64,000 bases of DNA from Alphaproteobacteria bacterium (GTDB lineage Bacteria > Pseudomonadota > Alphaproteobacteria > Bin95). The DNA is taken from contig CAXXWS020000003.1 of the NCBI GenBank assembly GCA_963665325.3, positions 480,001-544,000 of the forward strand, read 5' to 3'. The position numbers and the translations under genes were made by a program. The notes below the pieces were generated by a model. It saw nothing but the letters and a program-made list of their open reading frames with translations. It was not told the origin of the DNA and ran no database searches. Each line of letters opens with the position of its first letter. The first letter of the stretch is position 1. Below, one piece after another: positions 57,929-64,000 of the stretch.

Positions 57929-59176
57929 ATGAGCGACACAAGCGCCGCGCCTTCGCCGTCCGGACCGCTGCAGGGGCTGCGGGTCATCGAACTCGGCTCC
58001 ACCGTGGCGGCCCCCTTCTGCGCCCGGCTGCTGGCCGATTTCGGCGCCGATGTCATCAAGGTGGAGCAAGCCGAGGGCGATGCGGTGCGCTCCATGGGCC
58101 GCCGGCAGGACGGGCGCTCCCTCTACGCGGCCTCGATCCTGCGGGGCAAGCGGCTGGTGTCCATCGACCTCAGGAACGAAACCGGGCGGGAGCTTGTCCG
58201 GCGCCTTTGCGAGGGCGCCGACATCCTGGTCGAGAACTTTCGCGCCGGGACGCTGGAGCGCTGGGGACTGGGATACGAGGCGCTGAGCGCCGGCAATCCG
58301 GGGCTCGTCATGGTCCGGATCAGCGGCTTCGGCCAGAGCGGCCCCGCCAGCGGCCGGGGCGGCTACGGGGTCGTGTGCGAGGCGATGAGCGGGTTGCGCG
58401 ACCTGACCGGCGAGCCCGGCGCGCCGCCGCCGCGCATGAACACGTCGCTCACCGACTATATCGCCGGGCTCTACGCCGCCTTCGGCGCCATGATGGCCTT
58501 GCAGGAGCGCGCGCGCACCGGGCGCGGACAGGTGGTGGACTCGGCCCTCTACGAGGGCGCCTTCACCTTCATGGAGCCGCATGTGCCGGCTTACGACAAG
58601 CTCGGCGCCGTCGCCGCCAGAAGCGGCAGCCGCCTGGCCGGCAATACGCCGAACTCGCTCTACGAGACGAGCGACGGCCGCCATATCGTCATCGCTGCGG
58701 CCGCTGACGCCGTCTGGCGGCGGATGGCCGACGCCATGGGCCGCCCGGAGCTTGCGGCGGACCCGCGCTTCGCCACTGCCCGCGCCCGCACCGGCAATGC
58801 CGAAGAGTGCGAAGCGCTGGTGGCCGGCTGGGTGCGCGTGCACGGCCTCGACGATGCCGTCGCGGTGCTCGAGGCCCACAATGTGCCGGCCGCACCGATC
58901 TACAATGTGGCCGATATCTTCGCCGATCCGCACTACCGGGCGCGGGACATGCTGGTGGAGGCCCCCGATCCCGAATGGGGCGCGGTGACCGTCACCGGCG
59001 TGGTGCCGAAGCTCTCGGCCACCCCCGGCAGCATTCGCTGGGCGGGCCGGGAGGTCGGCGCCGATACGGCCTCCGTGCTGCGCGACGAGCTCGGGCTGGA
59101 CGAAGAGGAACTGGACCGCCTGGCGGCCGGCGGCGCGGTGGCCGGCGCGGGTTTGGCGAAACGGGACGACGGGTGA
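57929..59176 (+). CDS. CaiB/BaiF family III CoA-transferase
   Basis: PLQGLRVIE, DFGADVIKVE, ENFRAG, SGFGQSGP. Confidence 0.93.
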   Translation: MSDTSAAPSPSGPLQGLRVIELGSTVAAPFCARLLADFGADVIKVEQAEGDAVRSMGRRQDGRSLYAASILRGKRLVSIDLRNETGRELVRRLCEGADILVENFRAGTLERWGLGYEALSAGNPGLVMVRISGFGQSGPASGRGGYGVVCEAMSGLRDLTGEPGAPPPRMNTSLTDYIAGLYAAFGAMMALQERARTGRGQVVDSALYEGAFTFMEPHVPAYDKLGAVAARSGSRLAGNTPNSLYETSDGRHIVIAAAADAVWRRMADAMGRPELAADPRFATARARTGNAEECEALVAGWVRVHGLDDAVAVLEAHNVPAAPIYNVADIFADPHYRARDMLVEAPDPEWGAVTVTGVVPKLSATPGSIRWAGREVGADTASVLRDELGLDEEELDRLAAGGAVAGAGLAKRDDG

Positions 59177-59183
59177 GCCGCGA

Positions 59184-59972
59184 CTACTCTCCCGTAAATT
59201 TCGGCGGCCGCTTCTCGACCCACGCGGCATAGCCTTCCGCGCTGTCGCGCGTGCTGTCCAGCGGGTCCCTGAGAGCCCGCGAGAGCACCGTCGCCGAAGC
59301 CAGATCGACCTCGGCGCTCTGTCGGATCAGGCGCTTGGCCGCGCGCACGCCGAGCGGACTGCCGCTGGCGATCTCGCGCGCGATCTCCATGGTCTCGTCC
59401 ACGAGCCGGTCATGGGGAACGACCATTTCGACGAAACCCAGCGCGAACGCCTCCTCGGCGGAGAAGCGCCGTCCCGTCAGCACGATGAGGTTCGCGCGGC
59501 CGCGCCCGACCAGTTTGGGCAGGCGAACCAGTCCGCCGGCACCGGGGAAGGCCCCTGCATTGCGCACTTCGGTCAGTGCGAAGGAGGCGCGATCGGATGC
59601 GATCCTGATATCGCACCCCAGCGCGATCTCGAACCCGCCGGCGAATGCCGGTCCGTTGACCATGGCGATGACCGGGGCGGGAAGCGTCTCCATCAGCTCC
59701 ACGACCCGCAATACCGTCTCGCGCTGAAGCCGGATGCGTTCCGGTTCGAGCCCCGCGCGCTCCTTGAGGTCCGCTCCGGCGCCGAACGCCGTGCCCTCCC
59801 CCGTCAGGACCAGGACCCGAAAGTCCGCGGAGGCGTGAAGCTCGCGGAAACAGGCCTCGATTTCCCCGGCCATCTCGAAGTTAAGCGCATTGCGCCGCTC
59901 GGGCCGGTTGAAGGTGAGCGTGAGGATGTGTTCCCCGCTCCGCTCCAGCTTCAGGTATTTCCAGGTCTGCAT
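59184..59972 (-). CDS. Enoyl-CoA hydratase/isomerase
   Basis: NRPERRNAL, AGADLKE, GGFEIAL.CDIR, EKRPPKFTG. Confidence 0.93.
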   Translation of the reverse strand: MQTWKYLKLERSGEHILTLTFNRPERRNALNFEMAGEIEACFRELHASADFRVLVLTGEGTAFGAGADLKERAGLEPERIRLQRETVLRVVELMETLPAPVIAMVNGPAFAGGFEIALGCDIRIASDRASFALTEVRNAGAFPGAGGLVRLPKLVGRGRANLIVLTGRRFSAEEAFALGFVEMVVPHDRLVDETMEIAREIASGSPLGVRAAKRLIRQSAEVDLASATVLSRALRDPLDSTRDSAEGYAAWVEKRPPKFTGE

Positions 59973-60005
59973 CGCTTTCTCCAACCTCGCATCGCCGGGG
60001 CCCGC

Positions 60006-60836
60006 TCAGCCTGCCGGCAGCGCCTTCAGGATAAGGGTTCCGAAGCCGACCATCTGCGGGCTCGTGCCGCGATAGGTGCGGACCGCCGCAAGAACGGCAT
60101 CGGTCCCGGCAGGCGTCAGGGGCGGGGGGTCCGCCGGCGCCTCCAGCGCGGCCAGCACGGAGGGAGCCGCAGCGGCAATCCGGTCGGCGATCTCCTCGCA
60201 GGCGTTCAGCACGGCAGGATCGCGCAGCAGCGGCCCGAGCGAAGCGGCGAGGTGGGCAAGGAAGCCCGGCCAGCGGGCGAGGATGCGATAGAGGCCGGGC
60301 ACGAACGCCTCGCCGGCAAGGTCGGTCTCGAAGACCGCGAGCAGCCGCTGCGTCTCCGGCGTCATGGCCGCCGCCGGCGCCATGCCGGGCATGGCCGGCA
60401 GGGGCGGCGGCAGGGAGGCGGGTTCCAGCGCGACCATGGGTTCCGCGCCGGCCTCGCCCTGCCCGAGCAGCCGCGCGAGGCAGGCGGCGACGACGAGGTT
60501 GACCGGGCTCACCCGCGCGAAGCTCATGCAGACCGTGCGGATCGCCGCCAGGCCGGCATCGTCCACCCCGAGGCCGGCGAGCGCTCGGCCGGAAAGCGGC
60601 GGCAGCGCCGGCAGCCGGGAGACATCGACGCGCTGCCAGGCCAGGTGCTGCAGGGCGCCGGAGACGAGCGCCGGACGCAGCGCCTCCCAGGCCCAGGGCA
60701 GCAGGCCCGGATAGACGGCGAGGTGGCGGAACAGCGACGAGACGTAGGGGACCGCGTAAGTCCGGCGGATTTCCTCGAAGACGCGCGCGATGTCGCCCGC
60801 CGCTTCCGCTTCGCCGACCTCCCGGAATACCGTCAT
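60006..60836 (-). CDS. DehI (group I haloacid dehalogenase)-like duplicated-domain protein
   Basis: EAEAAGDIARVFEEIR..VPYVSSLFRHLAVYP..AW repeated as FVPGLYRILARWP. Confidence 0.6.
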   Translation of the reverse strand: MTVFREVGEAEAAGDIARVFEEIRRTYAVPYVSSLFRHLAVYPGLLPWAWEALRPALVSGALQHLAWQRVDVSRLPALPPLSGRALAGLGVDDAGLAAIRTVCMSFARVSPVNLVVAACLARLLGQGEAGAEPMVALEPASLPPPLPAMPGMAPAAAMTPETQRLLAVFETDLAGEAFVPGLYRILARWPGFLAHLAASLGPLLRDPAVLNACEEIADRIAAAAPSVLAALEAPADPPPLTPAGTDAVLAAVRTYRGTSPQMVGFGTLILKALPAG

Positions 60837-60885
60837 GGCCGGCGGCGCCCGTTCGTATCGGCCGCCGGCGACCGCGGTCCGGAAA

Positions 60886-62274
60886 TCAGGTCGCGGCTAC
60901 GGCCGGAGGCCGGGCGGCGAGCGAACTCGACGTCGCATAGTCCAGGTCCCTCGGATACCCTTCCACAGACCGCTGCAGCGCAACCTCCAGGCGGTGCAGG
61001 GTCTCGTCGATCTCCGCCTCGGTGATGATCAGCGCCGGGCAGACGCGGATGAAATTCTTGACCGCGATCGTGACCACGCCTTCGAGCAGGGCGTTGTAGC
61101 GGATGCGCTCCGCCATCGCCGGGTCCGGGCGCTTGCTTTCCGGCGTCTCGACGATGTCCAGCAGATAGTAGAGCCCGGTGCCGCGCACCTCGCCGACGAT
61201 GTCGAATTTGCGCGCGAGCGCTTCCAGCCCGGCGCGGAGCCTCGCGCCTTTGGAGACCGCCTGTTCCGCCAGATTGTCGCGCAGCACGATCTGGAGCTGT
61301 TTCAGCCCGACGGCGGCCGGCAGCGGGTCGCCGGAATAGGTGCCGCCCCATGGCAGGCCCGCCTTGCCGCGCGCCTCCTCGGCGATCTCTTGCGTCGTCA
61401 CGGTGCCGGCAATGCCCATGCCGGCAGTCATGCCTTTCCCGAAGGACACGATGTCCGGCATTACGTCATATTGCTCGAAGGCCCAGATGCTGCCCGTCTT
61501 GGCGGGCGCCAGCTGCGCCTCGTCCAGCATCAGCAGCGCCCCCCAGCGGTCGGCCATCTCGCGCAGGCGCGGCAGCCATTCGGGCGGCGGCACCACCATG
61601 CCGCCGGCCACCGGGATGGTCTCGGCCATGATGAGCGCGAGGTTGCGGCTGGTGATGTGCTCCATCAGCTCCTCGCTGTGGTCGAGGCAGGCGACATTGC
61701 AGCCGGGATATTCGAGGTTGATCGGGCAGCGGTAGCAGAGCGGGGCGTAGATCGCGTTGCGGTGGGACGGCATCATCAGCGGGCCCAGATGCGCCTTGCG
61801 CCCGCCGCCGACGCTGGTGACGGCCTCGGCCGCCAGGCTGCCGCCGTGCAGGCCGCGGATGACCGACACGATGTCGTAGCGCCCGGTGACGCCGAGCGCC
61901 ATGCGCATGGCGATCTCGTTGGCCTCCGAGCCGGTGACGGCGAAATTCACCACGTTCAGGTCGCCCGGAAGCGTGCCCGCGATCAGCTCCGCGAACTCGA
62001 TCAGCCAGGGGTTGGAATACCAGGAGGAGGTGTGGACCAGCTTGTCCGCCTGCTCCCGGATCGCCTCGGTCAGCTCCGGGTGGCTGTGGCCCAGCACCAT
62101 GCACATCATGCCGGCCGTGAGGTCGAAATACTCCTTGCCGTCCACGTCTTTCAGCACAATGCCGCTGCCGCTCTCGAAGATCACCCGGGGCTCGTAGCGC
62201 CAGCCGTAGATATAGGCCTCGTCGCGGGCCATCAGCTCGTGGTGCATGTTCGAGAACTGGAAGTATTTCTCCAT
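60886..62274 (-). CDS. Class III PLP aminotransferase
   Basis: TGSEANE, LHG, LDEAQ, PDIVSFGKG, VRGTGL. Confidence 0.93.
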   Translation of the reverse strand: MEKYFQFSNMHHELMARDEAYIYGWRYEPRVIFESGSGIVLKDVDGKEYFDLTAGMMCMVLGHSHPELTEAIREQADKLVHTSSWYSNPWLIEFAELIAGTLPGDLNVVNFAVTGSEANEIAMRMALGVTGRYDIVSVIRGLHGGSLAAEAVTSVGGGRKAHLGPLMMPSHRNAIYAPLCYRCPINLEYPGCNVACLDHSEELMEHITSRNLALIMAETIPVAGGMVVPPPEWLPRLREMADRWGALLMLDEAQLAPAKTGSIWAFEQYDVMPDIVSFGKGMTAGMGIAGTVTTQEIAEEARGKAGLPWGGTYSGDPLPAAVGLKQLQIVLRDNLAEQAVSKGARLRAGLEALARKFDIVGEVRGTGLYYLLDIVETPESKRPDPAMAERIRYNALLEGVVTIAVKNFIRVCPALIITEAEIDETLHRLEVALQRSVEGYPRDLDYATSSSLAARPPAVAAT

Positions 62275-62369
62275 GGTCCGGCCTCCTCCCGCCTGCCGCG
62301 CCCGGCCATCATGGCACAGCCGGCAGCAACTTGCGCGGCCGCCGGGCGGCTCTTATGTTCCGCGCCGCC

Positions 62370-62460
62370 GGGGAGGTGGCCGAGCGGTTGAAGGCGCACG
62401 CCTGGAACGCGTGTATACGGTAACCCCGTATCGTGGGTTCGAATCCCACCCTCTCCGCCA
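62370..62460 (+). tRNA. tRNA-Ser (GGA)
   Basis: GGGGAGGTGGCCGAGCGGTTGAAGGCGCACGCCTGGAACGCGTG...long variable arm...GTGGGTTCGAATCCCACCCTCTCCGCCA. Confidence 0.96.
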
Positions 62461-62819
62461 AATTTTGGGTTCCGAGAAGTTCCAAAAAGTTCGATTTATC
62501 CAATAAAAGCATAGAATTGCTGTGCCACTTTGTCTTGCTGAGTGCTACTGCGCGTCAACCGGATGCTGGAGCGGGCGGAGGACCTGGCCAACCGCCCGAC
62601 GATGCACGGATGGCAAGGGCCGAAATTCCGGGCGAGCCGCGTCACCGCACAACCGAAAGTTTACCCTTTTTGCCCGTGCGTCCGTGCGCCCTTGCACCCT
62701 CGCATTTTGTCATGCACGGTCATGGCGGTGGCTTGCGGCAACCCGGCAACCACCGGCAGAACATGGGGAATACGCCACCAGAAGCGCATAAGAACCGAAG
62801 ACTCTTGGAGGGAAATACA

Positions 62820-63983
62820 ATGGCAGACAAGCGGATCAAGACCCCGGCTGCGCCCGGGGATGCCAAGAACACGTCATCCGTTGGCGAAACGGTCGGCTCG
62901 AAGACGGCAATGAGCCGGCGCAACTATCTGAAGACCACGGCGATGGGCGTCGCAGGCGCCGGTGCGGCGGCGCTCGCCATGCCCGCGATCGCCAGGGCAG
63001 AGAACAAGACGTGGAAACTTAAGCTGCAGAGCAACTGGACGGGTATCGGCATCGAGTCGCAGGACCGCGCCGTGGGTCGGTTCGTCGATCGCGTCAACAA
63101 ATTGTCCGGCGGCCGCATTGAGGTGACGAACTTCGATGCCGAAGTGCTGCTCGGCATCGGCGAAACCTTCAACGGTATTGGCACCGGCGTGGCTGACCTG
63201 GCCGTCACGGCCTCGATCTACCACCGCGGCACCGTGCCGGTCGGTGAGTATCTCTGGTCCGTGCCGTTCTTTCCGGTCACGAACGTTGAGTTCTATGAGA
63301 CCATGTACCAGTTCATGGGGCTCAAGGAGCTCTGGCGCGAGGCTTATGCGCCGCACAACGTGATGCACCTGTCCTACACTTGCTCCGACGAATGGGGCGC
63401 CATGATGTCGACGCGGCCGGTCGAGAGTTACGCCGACTTCGAGGGCATGAAGGTGCGCGCGTTCGGCATCTGGGCCGAATGGCTCGTTAAGAACGGCGCG
63501 TCCATCGTCGTGTTACCGGGCGGTGAGATCTACACTGCCATCCAGACCAAGATCCTCGACGCCGCCGCGTTCGGCGCGCCGGATGCCTGGGCCGGTATGA
63601 AGATGCACGAGGTCTGCAAGTACTACATCAATCCCTCGGTGGCACCGTACGACATCACCGAGATCATCATGAACTTGAAGACCTACAACGAGATGCCGGC
63701 GGACTTGCAGGAAGTGCTGCTGTCAGCTGCCCGCGTCTATAACCTCGATATCACCGCCCTCACCATCCCGACGGATGCCAACGGCCGCAAGGAACTGGCG
63801 GACGGCGGCGTGGAGACGATCCTCATGCCGGACGAGGAATTGAGGGAAGCAGCGGACTGGTGCTGGAACAAGTTCACCAGCAAACGGGGTACGATGCCCC
63901 ACATCGACAAGATGATCGACATCTACACCGCGGCTCGGGAACTGTACAAGAACTACTACGGTCCGAAGCAGCTTCCTGTCTAG
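62820..63983 (+). CDS. TRAP transporter substrate-binding protein DctP (Tat-exported)
   Basis: SRRNYLK Tat motif, PAIARA, WKLKLQS, GMKVRAFG, PGGEIYTAIQT..LDA. Confidence 0.92.
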   Translation: MADKRIKTPAAPGDAKNTSSVGETVGSKTAMSRRNYLKTTAMGVAGAGAAALAMPAIARAENKTWKLKLQSNWTGIGIESQDRAVGRFVDRVNKLSGGRIEVTNFDAEVLLGIGETFNGIGTGVADLAVTASIYHRGTVPVGEYLWSVPFFPVTNVEFYETMYQFMGLKELWREAYAPHNVMHLSYTCSDEWGAMMSTRPVESYADFEGMKVRAFGIWAEWLVKNGASIVVLPGGEIYTAIQTKILDAAAFGAPDAWAGMKMHEVCKYYINPSVAPYDITEIIMNLKTYNEMPADLQEVLLSAARVYNLDITALTIPTDANGRKELADGGVETILMPDEELREAADWCWNKFTSKRGTMPHIDKMIDIYTAARELYKNYYGPKQLPV

Positions 63984-64000
63984 GGCCTGCCTGGCGGTTC

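Overview
High-GC window from an alphaproteobacterium (gene content suggests a Rhodospirillales-like lineage; this is an inference). Most of it is housekeeping and catabolic: MotB/OmpA-like, dapB, mipZ, gtdA, amtB, pdxH, maeB, a sulfite oxidase, two TauD, bfd/bfr, several LLM monooxygenases, acyl-CoA ligases, a sulfatase, a CoA-transferase, a TRAP DctP, tRNA-Gly(CCC) and tRNA-Ser(GGA). The most notable element is a compact T7-like (podovirus-type) virion-morphogenesis cluster at 32586-45672, about 11 kb without its IS. It holds a divergent HTH-S24 repressor, two small ORFs, portal, scaffold, major capsid, decoration-like protein, tail tubular A/B, an ejection-like protein, a small holin-like protein, large terminase and a 3TM holin. 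No integrase, replication genes or att sites were seen, composition is host-like, and there are two alphaproteobacterial LexA boxes. It is a candidate SOS-linked, podovirus-derived gene transfer agent or domesticated phage, whose terminase is split here by an IS1634. Other accessory items are an IS5 inserted in the amtB stop codon, a lower-GC ParA/MinD-TM-PPC fusion cassette, an orphan darG next to a low-GC HTH + GIY-YIG/T5orf172 nuclease, and a 19-20 bp palindrome that has expanded as tandem arrays inside the phage-like genes. All calls come from motif recognition by eye; no searches were run.
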